Origin: Lama guanicoe
Lineage: Eukaryota
Assembly: GCA_013239625.1 (NCBI GenBank)
Contig: MU053376.1
Location: 1,140,833-1,204,832 of the forward strand
Direction of reading: 5' to 3'
DNA length: 64,000 nucleotides
This document shows, in pieces, positions 1 through 13,199 of this stretch. The number at the start of each line of letters is the position of its first letter. Within the stretch, counting starts at the first letter, position 1. Under the pieces are notes generated by a model, which saw only the letters and a list, made by a program, of their open reading frames with translations, had not been told where the DNA came from and ran no database searches. Position numbers and translations under genes: made by a program.

Positions 1-285
1 TTTGTGCCCTGAAATTGGGGGTCAGGAGCCAGCCAGGGCCCATTCTGGAGAGCAGCTAGGTTAGTGGTCAGTCCCAGGACCAGAACCTTGTCCCAGCCTA
101 AAACTCCTGAAGGCTGTGGCAGAAGGGGATGGATCTGGGGGAGCCCTGCTAGATACACTGTTAAGCTGTGACATCCCAATATGTGCTGCATCTGAAGATG
201 TAGTAAGTAGAAGCCACATCCTAAGCTTCAAAGCTCAGTTCCTAGACCTAGCTGGAGATAGAGGTGTCAGGGGGAATTCACATGT

Positions 286-325
286 ACACACACACAGAGA
301 GACACACACAGACACACACACACAC
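286..325. repeat. Interrupted (CA)n microsatellite; another (CA)n at 1222-1242
   Basis: Direct reading. Confidence 0.9.
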
Positions 326-1271
326 GGAGCCCAATCACCAAGCTCAGCCTGGCTTAACCAATACCTCTGTCATCTGCCCACTCTTCCCTGGGGGAAATAC
401 ACAGAGAGACAATTCGTCTTCAGAGCCACTTGCCTGGGCTCCCCATGGGACCAGCTCAGGTCATGGGGCCATGTCAGTGGCTCTGCCCCGAGTCGTCCTA
501 TAAGCATAACTTGAAAGAGGAGACCACTCTTTCTTCCCACCAGGAATAGCAGACCCAGGACAAAGCCACAGGCTCCCTTCCCTCCATCCTGCTGCTACTG
601 CCTTTCCTTGTTTCCTGTCTAACTGATATTATGTAACGGCTGGAAGCAGACAGGTGTGTGTGGGAGGCTGCTCCCCCTCTTTGCCACATCACCCTCTCTG
701 GCTTACTTTGTTGTCTGGGTCGCAGGGAACAGGGCAGCTGGAGAGGAAAGCCAGCACTGATGTCAGACCAAGAGGAGGCTGAAAGAGACGAGGTGGGAGC
801 CAGCCCCATGGGGGAATGATTCAGAGGACAGGAGGTCTGGCTCTTGGGATGCATGAAGGAAAACAGTACCCACGCACCGGGGACAGGTGCAGGTCTCTGT
901 ATGTTTCAGCCTCCCCCGGATTGCTAAGGATCTCATTGGTTTGGGGAGGCAGTGTTCAAGTCTGGAAAACCTAACAACAAAAATGCCAACAGTCTGCGGA
1001 ATTCCTCGCACGCGCCGAGCACTTGGTGACTTGTACTTTGATCTCTGCACCAACCTTGTGACGTAGGTGGGGTTATCCCGTTTTACAAATGAGGAACTGA
1101 GGCCCAGAGGTTAAAGCAGTTGCCCAAAGTCATACAGCTGGGTTTCAAATCCAACTTTTGCTCTTAAGCCTGTGTGTTTTTTACTTCCTTGTGTCATCTG
1201 TTCTGACTGCTCCTACGCAAACACACACACACACACACACACTCCCAGGTTCAAATACTCTGCCCCTGTAC

Positions 1272-1392
1272 CTTCATGGATGGCAATGATGTGGGGGTGA
1301 TTGAGTGACGACATGATCTCAATCTCTCGCCGAATGTGCATCAGATCTTGCTCATCTTTGATTTTGTCTTTCCGGATTGACTTGATGGCCAC
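1272..1392 (-). CDS. NUAK2: NUAK2 coding exon 2 (121 nt; VAIK catalytic lysine, alphaC helix)
   Basis: Acceptor ...TTCTCTGTTCCCAG|GTG. Translates [40 protein letters not shown], in frame with exon 1. Donor GAAG|GTACAG. Later exons lie beyond position 1. Confidence 0.97.
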
Positions 1393-2009
1393 CTGGGAAC
1401 AGAGAATGCAAGAGAGTGAAGAGAAAGGTCTGGTAGGTAAAGGCGTCCCCAAGGACACTCTGAGAGCCCTGATCCTGGTGATGTGCCTACAGCTGCTACA
1501 AAGGCCACAGGGCGCACCCAGAGAAGCCTCTCCATCCTTCAGTGGGGCAGGTGGCAGAGAGGCTGGAGAACACCTTCTCTAGAGAAGGCTCTCACTAGGT
1601 TAGGTGCAGTTTATGTAGCAGGAAGGAGAATGGATCAATGACCTTATTCAGAGTCCACAGATGCAGAAGGTAGGTAACAACCTGCATTTGTAAGGCCAAT
1701 GCTTTATGATTGCAGATTTACCACATTCCACTACAAGGAAAGGACTGGGCGTGTTCTGCTCACCACTGGATAGCGAGCATAGTGCCTGGCACACAGTAGG
1801 GGCTGAACAACCATTACTGCAGCAGTCAGTGAACCAGCCCTCACAACAACCCTGGGAGGTTGGCACAGAAAGCATCATTACCCCATTTCCAGGTGAGGAA
1901 GCTGGTTCCTAAGGAAGGTAAATGACCTGCTCAGTCACGCAGTCACTAACGGGCAGAGGGGGTGGCACTATTGACCATCTGATCCTGCCTCTGGTACTTT
2001 TTCCTTCAT

Positions 2010-2450
2010 AATGTCCATTAATGGATGACTGGCTAGAGAAAATATGGTATATTCATCCTATGGACTATTATTCAGCCATAAAAAGGAGTGAAGTACTGAT
2101 ACATGCACAGTATAGATGACCCTTGAAAACACGATGCTCAGTGCAAGAGGCCAGGCGCCCAAGGACAAATATTGTACAATTCTACTTACATGAGGTACCC
2201 AGAGTAGGCAAATGCACTGGACAGAAAGGAGGAGAGTGGTTACCAGGAGTGGGGATATTGGAGGTGGGGGTGGTGGGACAGCAGGTTATTGTTTAATAGG
2301 TACAGAGCTTCTGCTTCAGATGATGAAAAGGTTTTGGAAATGCACAGTGGTGATGGTGTACAACATTGTGGATGTGTTGAATTGTACACTTAAAACGATT
2401 AAAATGGTACACTTTATGTCATGTATGTTTTACCATACACATACATAAAA
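2010..2450 (+). mobile_element. Old L1 (L1MB-like) 3' end fragment
   Basis: AATGTCCATTAATGGATGA...TATTATTCAGCCATAAAAAGGAGTGAAGTACTGATACATGC...GAATTGTACACTTAAAA is typical of L1M 3' UTRs. Confidence 0.8.
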
Positions 2451-2471
2451 AAAATCACAAAAAAGTTATGG

Positions 2472-2723
2472 GGGAACGGGGTGGGAAGGAATAAACTGGG
2501 AGTTCGAGATTTATAGATACCTCGATATATAGATATATTCGTATATACATAAAATGGATAAACAAGTTTATACTGTATGGTACAGGGAACTATATTCAAT
2601 ATCTTGTAATAACCTATAATGAAAAAGAATATGAAAATGAATATATGTATGTATATGTATGACCAAACTATTATGCTGTAAACCAGAAATTGACACAACA
2701 TTGTAACCAATTATACTTGAAAA
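2472..2723 (+). mobile_element. Young L1 3' end with TSD
   Basis: GGGAACTATATTCAATATCTTGTAATAACCTATAATGAAAAAGAATATG... and poly(A). TSD AAAAAAGTTATGG at 2459-2471 and 2724-2736. Confidence 0.88.
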
Positions 2724-3379
2724 AAAAAAGTTATGGTAAAAATGCCAGTCTCTTCAGTCTAGGTAAGTAATGTCGCTCCTCCGGCAACAAACAAACAACT
2801 AGACAATTAAACAAAGTCCTCTGGGCTTTGCTATTGTTTGTAAAGGTGCAAAAACCATATAAAGATTAAACTCTCTGGCTGGTATGTGTGGTGGGTTCAG
2901 GAAGGGTGGAGTGAGGCAAGAGGAAATGGAGAAAGAACTGCCAAGAAGCAGTTTAAGCAAAACTCCTAGGAACAGGGTTCCTGTTCCACGGCACTCAGCA
3001 GCGAGGGTGACAGAAACCAACTGCGGCTTGTGGTGTATGGAGAAGGCATCGCGTGGGGAGTCAGCGGACCTGGACCCTCCAGGCTCTGCTGCTGTCCTGG
3101 TGGGCAAGGTCCACCCCCGCTCCCAGTTTCAATTTTCTTTTCTGTGAAATAAACAGGCTGGGCTAAGATGTCAGAGGTGCTTTCCCGCTCCAATTGTGTG
3201 AAATGACCGTATAAATGCCACGGGGCCCTTGGAGGCTGCAGTGCTGGCATCAGGTGCTGGGCGGGGATGGGGTGGGGTGTCACAGGGCTGGTCAATTCCT
3301 GACAAGTCCTATTCAAGGACATAAATGGTAAATACAAGACTTCCCCTTCGTGGGAGCCAGGCAAGTTATGAGAAATCTG

Positions 3380-3890
3380 AAGGCGCAGGCCGAGGAAAAC
3401 AGCGCCTCATTCATTTCCCAGGAGGGTTTGCCTCCCCTCTAGGTTCAAAAGGAGACAGAGAAAAGGAAACCGGGACCCGAGGGGCGGAGCCTCTAATCCC
3501 CCCTTTCACAGGGCTCTGGAGGCAGACAAAGGCTTCCGGCTCGGAACGCGGGCCTCTGTCCCTTTCGGACAGGAATGCGGAACAGCCGTAATCCCGTAAG
3601 AGGAGCAGCTCACAAAGCCCTGGGCCCGGTCACCCCGGCAACCGGCCAGGGATGGCGTGCCCTCCGCCCCCGCTCCTCCCCTGGAGCTGCATCCCTGAAA
3701 GAGGGGAGGCCCGGCTCTTTGGCCCTCCCCGAGCAGGGCAGGGAGGACAATAGCAGCGGGAGCGGCGGTCACCATGGAGCCTCCTGCCCAAGCCCCTGGA
3801 GAGGCCCAGCTGCAGCTGCAGGGGCCGGGCTGCACCTCAGCGCCCTCTTCACCCCGCCCCCCCCTCCCCGTCCCTTCTGCTCCGAACTAC
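3380..3890. promoter_or_regulatory. Small intronic CpG-rich element in NUAK2 intron 1 (candidate enhancer)
   Basis: Local CpG enrichment, GC boxes (GGGGCGGAG at 3481, CCCCGCCCCC at ~3852) and a TEAD-type GGAATG at 3572-3577. Confidence 0.5.
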
Positions 3891-4457
3891 TCCAATGAGC
3901 TAAGCAGAAAAACCCCTGGCTTGGAATTGGACAGGGGCCGGGGATGGGGAAAGGGGCTTAAATCCTCCAACTATGGGGATTCAACCTGGAGCTTCGTTCC
4001 TGAACACCGCTCCATGCCCTTTCCTCTCCCTGAAGGGGAGATTTTATGGACTAGTTCTTTTCTCTCTAAATTCTTTGTTTTAAAAATCAGACACTAGATG
4101 AAATACCACAAGCTCTTCAGATAAAGGGCCATAAAAATTGAATTAATAGATCGTTCAAAAAACCCCCACATACCTAGATAATGAAACAGAAATATTTGAG
4201 AGTTTAAGATACACACATATACAAACATTAGGCATATTCTGGACGTACAACTGTGTACACACAAACATATACGATGAGGTAAACATAGGCTAGGGGACAG
4301 AGCTCTAAAGAAGACAAGGTGGAAAAGAAAAGAGGTTTCAAAAAAAAAAATGAAAAGGATCTGAGGTGTGCCAAGAGGAGTCCCTGCCTGTATGGGTAGA
4401 AGGTATACAAGTTGAACCCTGAGATCCATCTCTTTCAACTCTGGAAGCCTATGATTT

Positions 4458-4610
4458 GATTTGATTTGATTTGATTTTTGGTGGGGGTGGTAATTAGGTT
4501 TGATTGATTGATTGATTGATTGATTTCAGTGGAGGTACTGGGGATTGAACCTAGGACCTCGTGCATGCTAGGCATGCACTCTACCACTGAGCAATAAATA
4601 CACTCCCCTT
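4458..4610 (-). mobile_element. tRNA-Ala-derived SINE (Vic-1-like)
   Basis: Pol III A/B boxes in a tRNA-like head, (GATT)n/(GATTT)n tail, perfect 16-bp TSD TGGAAGCCTATGATTT at 4442-4457 and 4611-4626. Confidence 0.9.
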
Positions 4611-5882
4611 TGGAAGCCTATGATTTTAAATCAGAATTGTTAATCTTCAAGAGACAGCTCCATCCTCCTGCAAGCTCATGCTCTGGCCTCAGGGGGCTAG
4701 GTCAAGGACCCCCATCCCGCCCCCTATCCACCGCCCCAACCTCCATCAGCTATGTTAGGTCTTAGGAGACCACAGCTTGGCTGACACGTCCCAGGAAGGA
4801 AACAAGTTAGGTCATCATGCCTCCACCAGTCCCCAAGCAGGTTACAGACTAGAAGAGTGATGTGTCACTGCCCTTGTGGGATTAGCACCTGTGCCCCCAC
4901 CTATGCCAGCCTCTATGGACAGGCCTCTAACTATCTGCTGGTGAGTCTGTTAAAGTACGTGAGACACAGCAACAGCTCAGGCCTAGAAGGGGCTCAGCAT
5001 ACAGAAAGCCTTCAACAATTGTTTACCAGTTAACACAAATCACAAAAAAATATTTATTGGCTAAGTCACTGGGCTGATCCCTGACTGATGGGATCAGTGC
5101 CCAGATAAGATTTTCTGCCTTTCTTCCGCGGCATGGGTGGAGAGTCAGCCTTGTTTATGACAACTCATTTTGAGGGACCTTTGTTCTCATCTGCAAGATA
5201 GTTGAGCAATCATTCTCTAGTATAAAAATATAGTGACTAGAGGAAAGGAAGAAGAAAACAGTCACTGAATGGATCAGCCAGAGGATGCCTGCCTGGAGAC
5301 AGTCCTGGCTCACCCCATGTAATTATTAGTAAAAATCCTTTTTATCCTCCGGAGTATTCAAGGTGAGATGTTATGGTAACTGGCCACCCCCACCCAGAGG
5401 GGGCAGGAAACCCGGGCACAACAATGACACAGAAATGTGACCGCCAGCTCAGAGGATGCGGATCGAGAGCCCAGGCATCTGATCTTTATTTGCCCCTTTG
5501 GAACTATGCAACTCAAGACAGCCACTTCAATGATCTGGTTAACTGGTCTGGCTAGTTTTAATGTCCTCATCTGAAAAATAAAAAGGGCATTTATTCTCCA
5601 AACATCTGCTGAAAGCCTATTGCTACGTGCCTGGCACTATGGTAGGTACTGGGGATTCAGACAAAAATCGGACAGTCCCAGTGCCAAGGGCCTCGGATCA
5701 GCGGTAGGACTGGCAATTAAGTCAGCTCCAGTCTAGTGTGATGACCACCACAGTTGAGATCCCTTCCTGGCCAGGGGCTCCCGGCGCTCTGGAGAGCTTC
5801 CTTTGCCTGGAGGATCAGGGAAAACCACCCCAGGGAGAAAACTTTGTCTTAGAACTTGAACGAGGAATAGGGTTTGCGGATG

Positions 5883-6005
5883 AGGGGAGGGCATAGCTCA
5901 GTGGTAGAATGCATGCTTAGCATGCACAAGGGCCTGGGTTCAAGCTTCAGTACCTTCAATTAAAAAAAAAAAATGAATAAATAAACCTAATTACCCCTCC
6001 TTCAG
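5883..6005 (+). mobile_element. tRNA-Ala-derived SINE (Vic-1-like)
   Basis: GGGGAGGGCATAGCTCAGTGGTAGAATGCATGCTTAGCATGCACAAG...GGTTCAA, then an A-rich linker and TAAACCTAATTACC tail. 3' end approximate. Confidence 0.85.
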
Positions 6006-7479
6006 AAAAGGGTGGGGTTTACCAAGGCAAGGTGGGAAGACCTTTGGGGTGGAGGCAGCAACCAGAGAGAGGTTTGAGCACAGGCCAGAAGGAAAAGACC
6101 ATTCACAAATTTGCACATCAGGACCTAAGAGCTCCGTTCTAAACATTAGTCTTCTCTGCTGAGCTTCTTCAGAAGTGGGCCACCTGCTACTATGCCAGGA
6201 AGGGGAGAGCCCAGGAGTTATTACAGTGGGCTTGCTATATCTACGTTAACCTGCCCGAGCAAAATTTCTACTGACAGCAGCCCAGTGATTTTCTTGCCCC
6301 TGCAGCCCTGCACACTGGGAAGGAAGCAGGGCTAATTCCCTGTCCCATTTTGTAGGTGGCAAACATTAACATCCAGAAAGGTGGCTCTTCCAAGGTTCCC
6401 CAACACACCAAGGCAGTCAGGATCCAAGATGGAGGGGTGTTGCCTGGAGAAAGCTATCATCTCAGAAGACAGAAGTTCCTTGCAGATGCCCTGCCCTGCC
6501 TCCACCTCCCTGCCTCTACCTCCCTGCCTCCTACTCCTGGAGAAGGGAATGCCCCACCCTCTGCCTTGGGCCAGGCTGTGCAGTGCCCCTGGCCACCCTC
6601 ATCCCACTTACAGATACACGACACACTGGAGAGATGGGTGCTGGGGTTACTCTCCTCCCCCCCTTTGCCCCCCAAGGAAATCAGAAAAATAGTCTGGATT
6701 CAGGAGAGGAAGGCAGAAGGTCTTAGAAAAAGAAGATTTTGAGGTACTGGTTTCAGGGGCCAAGAGACAGGGTACAAGCTGGGCATCTCTAGTCATAGCT
6801 ATCGCCCAGAGTTGGAGCCAAGACCCTTGACTCCTCTTTGGCCTTTCATGGAGCAGCTGCCTCCGGGAGGCGGAGCAAGGAGCTGGAGGATGACCCATTT
6901 AGATAACGGAGGAGAAGCTGAGCTGGGCTGGCCTGCGCTGGGCAGGGTGGGGATAGGCTTGCAGGGTGGCCACTATCCCACCAAGCCTGCCAGAGAACCA
7001 GGCAGGGGGAGGAAGGAATGGACTCCGGGGGGGGGGTCTAAGCCACCTCCCCTAAATCTCATGCTGTGCCCACCGCCCTTTGCCACCTGCCTGCCCACTC
7101 TGCCACGCTACCAGGCAAGGCACTTCCCTGCCCAGCTCTCTTGTGTGGTTTGGCCAGAGCCCAGGAACAAGAGTTGCCTGCAGTCGGAGTTTCCCTCCCT
7201 GCCGCTGAGCAGGCAGGTGCAGGAGGAGCTGGGAGGGGAGCATCATGCAGAAGAGGCCTTTGGCTGCTGGCCAGGCAGGAGCCCTTCTTTGGATCAAGGG
7301 CTGAAGCAGGGACTGGGACTTTGAACAAAGCAGAGATCAAAGTGGTTTGGCTTAGGGAAACTAGGCACAACCCATTCTCTTGCTCGGGGCAGGATAGACC
7401 TGGATGGGGGCACCCCCCACCCCGACTCCAGGAGAGGGAGGGTAGGACCTTAGTGAAGCCAGCCTTGCTGGGATAATAA

Positions 7480-7650
7480 CACTGGGTGTCAGCTACTGTG
7501 CTGAGCACTTTACATATATTCTTATTTAATCCTATGAGAACCCCACGAGGTATGAATTATTATACTCTCCACTCTACAGATGAGGAAACTGAGATACGGA
7601 GAAGTCACATGCTGGGAAGCAGTAGAGCCAGGAGTCTGAACGCCTGCAGT
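7480..7650. mobile_element. MIR-family SINE (representative of many degraded MIR/L2 copies, e.g. ~1055-1170, 9930-10040, 18830-19020, 25240-25400, 32290-32480, 46520-46660)
   Basis: MIR core TACAGATGAGGAAACTGAG preceded by CACTTTACATATATTCTTATTTAATCCT. Confidence 0.7.
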
Positions 7651-8833
7651 CTGCTGCTGAGCTGGGCAGTCCTCCTGCCAAGGTAAGAGCCTTGAATGTA
7701 GCGTAGTTCAGCTACCCAAGATCCCTCAACACAATCGGTGTGTATGTGGGGGTGGGGGTGGTTCCCAGTGACTCCTCCCACCCTCAGCACGCCTGGAGCT
7801 CTGGGAAAGGCGGTCAGAGAAAGCAGTTGGAATGACAAAACACACTGAGGCAAGCCTGGGCTCAGCTCAAAGCCAACTCCCAACTCAGCACTGGTCATCT
7901 AGTGCCTGGAGTAGTCGAGTCAGGTGCCTGTGTTGCAGGCATGCCATTCACCAGCCACAGGACAAGTCACCTGCTCTCCCTGGGCCTCAGTTTCCCCATC
8001 TGTCAATGAAGGAATCAGTCATTTTCAAACATTTTGAAATCCCACGCAGCAATCCAATATATAAATGAGACAGAAGCACCCTGGCCCCAGATCACTATCC
8101 ACTTGGACTCCCTTCAAGTGCCTTGTGGCCCCCTTGAAGGTAAGAATTCCATGCAGATCATCCCCAAAGCTTTGGTGGGCACCACCATATCAGGGACCCC
8201 AGCAGGTGTTTTTCTTTTTAGGGGGTGGGGTGGTCATGAGAGCTACAAAAGGCACAGAAGGAAATGTCATCTGGACATCAGGAATGTACTCAGGGCTAGA
8301 AGATCCAGAGCAAATATTTGTTTTTCCTTTGATGCCCTCCTGGAGCAGCCATTAGTCCTGCCCACCTGCCCCTCCCTCCGGACAATCCCGTCTGGCCCCT
8401 GATAATCTCATTTAGGCAGGCAGGCTGGGAATGGGAAGTGTGGTGGAGAGAAAGTGGGATGGAAGTCGCTCAGCAGGTCTTCCTCTGAACCTAGTCCCCA
8501 CCAACAGTCTCAGTTCATTCTGAGGGAGGTCGTGGGCTGCTCCCATGCCCCTCTCCCCAGCTGAAGACCCGGAGGCACCAGGTTGGTCTCTCTTCAGGGA
8601 GGACAGCGAAGAAGCAGGAATGGGGGTGGAGGGAGGAAGACTCCTCTCTAGAAGTGAGAAACCATTAGGACAGCAGAGCTGTTCTTCAAGGAGAGAGACC
8701 CTGAGTAAGTTCCCAGCAGAAGTATAGGGTGGTCTATGGACCAGGAGCTACAGGACAGGTCCCATGCCTACTGATCTTGGCTCCCTGCATATGACAAGAG
8801 TTATGAGGCCAGGGAGCCCCTTCTTAATTCTCT

Positions 8834-8946
8834 TTTTTTTCTTTCTTTCTTTTCTTTTTTCTTTTTAATAGAGTTATTGGGGACTGAACCCAGGACCTTG
8901 TGCATGTCAGGCACGCACTCTACCACTGAGCTATACCCTTTGCCCT
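8834..8946 (-). mobile_element. tRNA-Ala-derived SINE (Vic-1-like)
   Basis: tRNA-like head and A-rich tail. TSD CCCTTCT(T/G)AATTCTCT at 8818-8833 and 8947-8962. Confidence 0.9.
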
Positions 8947-9056
8947 CCCTTCTGAATTCTCTCTGTTCTGATGTAATAAGAGCTGGAATCCCTGCCTACA
9001 GCCACTGAGGTTTGAAAACTGAAAGCTGGTTTATCTCATTCCAGAATCAATGATAT

Positions 9057-9058
<2 letters not shown>

Positions 9059-9131
<73 letters not shown>
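9059..9131. repeat. Compound microsatellite (CT)n-(CA)n
   Basis: Direct reading. Confidence 0.95.
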
Positions 9132-9133
<2 letters not shown>

Positions 9134-10579
9134 ACACGTACATGCTTGTAGCGACCAAGGTCAAGAGCTTGATGGGATCTCTGAACTTCAATCTCAGTTT
9201 CCAGGCCACCTCAGTTTCCCCCCAATCCAGTGTGTCCCCCAACAAGAGGCACGAGCCACAAGCCACAAGCAGCGATTTTCCAGTTGAGCCCCCGACAAAG
9301 CCTGGGCCCAGGGGTCTCAAGCCTGGAGCCTCCCCAGGCCCTCACACTTTATAGAAAGAGAAAGAAAAGGAAAACCAGGAAGTACATGATTGCCCAATAG
9401 CTGTAACCTGGCAGCGGGCAACTGGGGACTGTGCCAGGCGTTAGCAGGAAAAACATACTCGCTTCTATTGATGGGGCCATAATCCACTCCCTTTCTCCAT
9501 CATCCACTCTCCTTCACCAATGAAATGACTTCTTGAATTTCAAACCAGCTACTGGCTGCAAAAGCAAACAAACTGCGGAGGTGACTGCTGCCATCGCTGA
9601 TAAGGCAGACCATGGCCACACACACCTGCAGACACACTCACATGCACGTCTCATAATCAGCACCCAACTAGACTTCACAAAACAATCCCTAATGCTCAAA
9701 GACTTGTTAAAATACACATTATTTGGTCCCATCCTAGACCTTCAGAATAAAATCAGTGTGGAACCAGAGAAGCATTTTAAACAAGCACCAGGTGATTCCT
9801 ATGCACATTAAACTCAAGTTTGTTAACTTTTAGGAAATTCACTGTCCTTTTGAGGCTGGATTTTCCAGATATAAATATCAGTTCTCATTGTGGGATCTAT
9901 TGTTAGGAACAATTTAAATTCATATTTGTATCTCATTCAATCCTCATAGCAGCTGTGAAGGAGGCCGTGTTTTCTTCATTTTTGCAGAAGTGGAAACTGA
10001 GAGTACAGAGAAAAAGTCAATTGCCCGAGGTCCCACAGATTACTTCTAGTACACACACGTGCACAGCAAATTAACAGGACATATACCTGAAAAGCCGTCA
10101 AACCCAAAGGTATTTGGGAGCACAGTGGACCTTGCACCAGAGCCTGGTTCACATTTCCCATAATTAAAAACCTATCATAATGAAATTTGGACTCAGTCTT
10201 AGAGCTGGAAGGGACCTAAATGTCACAGGTTTGGGGGTGGAGGGGTGGAGTGGATATCTCCATAGTAGGCTGGGCTGCCAGACTATTAGAACTGAGTTGA
10301 GGAATCGGGCATCTCATTCATTTATTCATTCAACCACACACAAATTTACTAACCCCCTATTAAGATCAGGTGCCTTCTACTTCCTCTTTCCATTGCACTC
10401 TGTTGAATAGTCTACAACAAGCAAAATTCAACCCAAGTCCCATCTTCTTTAGGGAGCCTTCTCATCCCAAGACAGGACACTATTGGTCCCCTATGCACCC
10501 CAATTTGCTTATTTGGTAATCATCACACTCTGGAGTTGCCGGGGTTCTCAGGTCCACGACCACTGTCCCTACAGTCATG

Positions 10580-11400
10580 GACAAACCTAAAGTGGACACC
10601 ACCAGCACCCCCGACGGCCAACACACCCGCAACCTCAGCGCGGCAAAGACTGAATGCGGGCAACTCCACCGAGCAAGGCACTGTCCCCCGGCCCACCCTC
10701 CGCCACTCACCGCCAGCGGCCAAGCCCCGAGCCCGGCCGGCCAGCGCCGCGAGAGGGAGTCGCACTCACCAGGCGCCCCGAGCTCTCCCGCGCCTTCTTC
10801 ACCTTCCCGTAGGTGCCCTTGCCCAGGGTCTCCAGGAACTCGTAGCGGTGTCGCAGGTTGTGTTTGTGGTGGTGCCGCTTCACCGCCTGCTTCTTCATCA
10901 GGGGCTTGGGCGACTTGATGAGCCCCTCGGCCAGGGGCCGAACGACCTCCGCCGTCAAGGCGGCGGTGGCCGAGGGAGCCGGGCCGGGGCGCCGGGAGCA
11001 AGCCAACGACTCCATGGCAAGCAGGAGGTGAGCGAGGGCGGAGGGGGAATCGGCTGCGCCGGGAGAGCTAGAGCCCGGGGCACCTGACCCACAACCAGCC
11101 CGGGAATCCACAGCCGCGACTGAGATCTCGACTAGGCGCCGAATTCCGAGTTGTTATAAACGCCCGGAGCCGGAGGCTCTGTCCCCGCCCCCCGGCGCCC
11201 ATTGGCCTGCTTGCCGGCTGCGTGTGACCAGGGACGTCTGCATTGGCTTGGCTGGTCCCCGGCCCCGCCTCCCCCCTCTGCGCTGCAGGGAAAGGTGTCA
11301 GTGGAGCCCCGCCCACCTGGGGGCTCGAAGGGGAGGCGTGGGGAATAGGCGGCACCGGTGGGGGCTACTCGGCGGGTTGGTACACCTGGGGTCCGGAACC
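10580..11400 (-). promoter_or_regulatory. NUAK2: NUAK2 CpG island and core promoter
   Basis: Dense CpG. Minus-strand TTTATAA at 11154-11160, CCAAT boxes at about 11201-11206 and 11242-11247, GC boxes CCCCGCCCCC (~11183) and CCCCGCCTCC (~11263). Implies a TSS near 11125-11130 (inference). Confidence 0.85.
10770..11015 (-). CDS. NUAK2: NUAK family kinase 2 (SNARK), coding exon 1 (82 codons, N-terminus and kinase P-loop)
   Basis: ATG at 11015 in context TTGCCATGG. Translates [11 protein letters not shown]...[44 protein letters not shown], the NUAK2 N-terminus with the GxGxxG loop. Ends at a phase-0 donor CTG|GTGAGT. Confidence 0.97.
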
Positions 11401-13199
11401 TTTGAAGGTCCCTGGGACTGCTCTTGTCTCTGAAAGTCTCTCGGTCCTGGTTAGAGCTACCTGTTGTCCTTGCACTGTGCTGTTCAGATAGCAGGGGACA
11501 ATCTGACTGCACAAGAGGTCACCAAAGTATTTCTCTGGAGTAATTTGCTTCTCTCATGCCAAAATCCTTAAAGTCACTTGACCACTTTTTGAAGACCATA
11601 AGGAGGAAGGAGGGATGGAATGGATGGAGGCAGACTCCAGTCAAGTAGGAGAGGTGGAGAGTTGTTCCATGGTTCTGAGTTCACCAGTCATCCATCAGAT
11701 CAACCTTAGTTGTATCCCAGAAATGCGGTTCTAGGAAGTTCTTACATCTTCATCAAAGACGGCTTCTAGGGTTGACTGGGTCCCTTAAGATGTGGTGGAC
11801 TTTATGAAGTGTTGGAAGGAGATGGAGAGAGCCAAAGGGAAATATTGATTTATTAAAAAATACATTACATTTCTACTATTTAACTTGTGTCCCTCAACCT
11901 GTAAATGACTGCCCATCCAAGTTTTCCTTTCTGTAATTTTGGAGCCACATAGGTCATGAGGTATGGCGTAGTTTTTAAGGCCTGGAGCAGAATCCCTAGG
12001 TCCAGAATTCCCATTCTTAGCGTTATTGAGAGTGAAATGAGAACACGCATAGCTGCTCCTCCCTCTAGGTGGAGTGTAATAGGGAGAAAGGAACGTTTCC
12101 CCTTGAGTCTTTTTTTTAATTAAAAAAAATTCTTAAAGTTATTTCTTTGGGGGAGGTAATCAGGTTTACTTATTTTTATTATTATTATTTTCATTTTTCA
12201 GTTTTATTATGTAGAATTGTTACAGTTTGACTACACATATACAATGTATTGCATGTAAATACATATACACATTATACTGCACATATTTTTAAAATTTACA
12301 TACATGTACTGTTCATTGTTTCTAAGAACATTTAGAAGTTTAGCTTTTTAAATTTTTATTTATATATATATATTTTATTGAAGTATAGTTGATTTATAAT
12401 GTTTTCCATTATGGTTTATTACAGGATATTGAATATACTTCCTTGTGCTATACAGGAGGACCTTGCTGTCTATCTATTTTATATACAGTATTTTGTATCT
12501 GTTTTTAAGTTAGAGAATTTGATTTATATTTAATCTTTACTACATATGGTTATTATTACATGGATTACTAACACATTTGGGTTTAGACCTACCATATTGC
12601 TATTTTTTTTAATCCACCCTGCTTTGTTTATCTCTCCTTTATTGATATTTTGAATTAGCTATTTTTTTAATATTGCATTTTCTCCCTCATTCAGTTTGGT
12701 AGTCTCATAACCTTTCACTATTCTTTTAGTGGCTGCTCTATTGATTACAAGAGGAAACCGTTACATATGAAAGTCAAATAAAGATTAGTGCTTTTTCCCC
12801 TTCCCTGACCACTGGTTGAGCGTTTACCAGCTCCAGCCCACCCCCCGGCTCTGAACACTGGTTTTGGTCCACTGGTCCTCCGCATCTATTGAAAGCTCTG
12901 TTAATTTCTCAGCCTTAGAGCTTTACCTTTTTAAACTTAACATAGTTATAAAAGAAAAAAAAAGCCAACCACAAAATAAGAATTAATTCAGAAAGATATA
13001 TATATATACCTTGCTATTAATAGCAACATTATTTATAATTGCCAAGATATGGAAGCATCCTAAGTGCACGTCAATAGATGAATGCATAAAGATGCAGCAT
13101 ATATATATATAATGGAATACAATTTTGCCATTTGCAGCCCTTCATTCACTTTTCTTTTCCACTTCAAAAAACTAGAATTTTAGAAGTGGCATACACATT

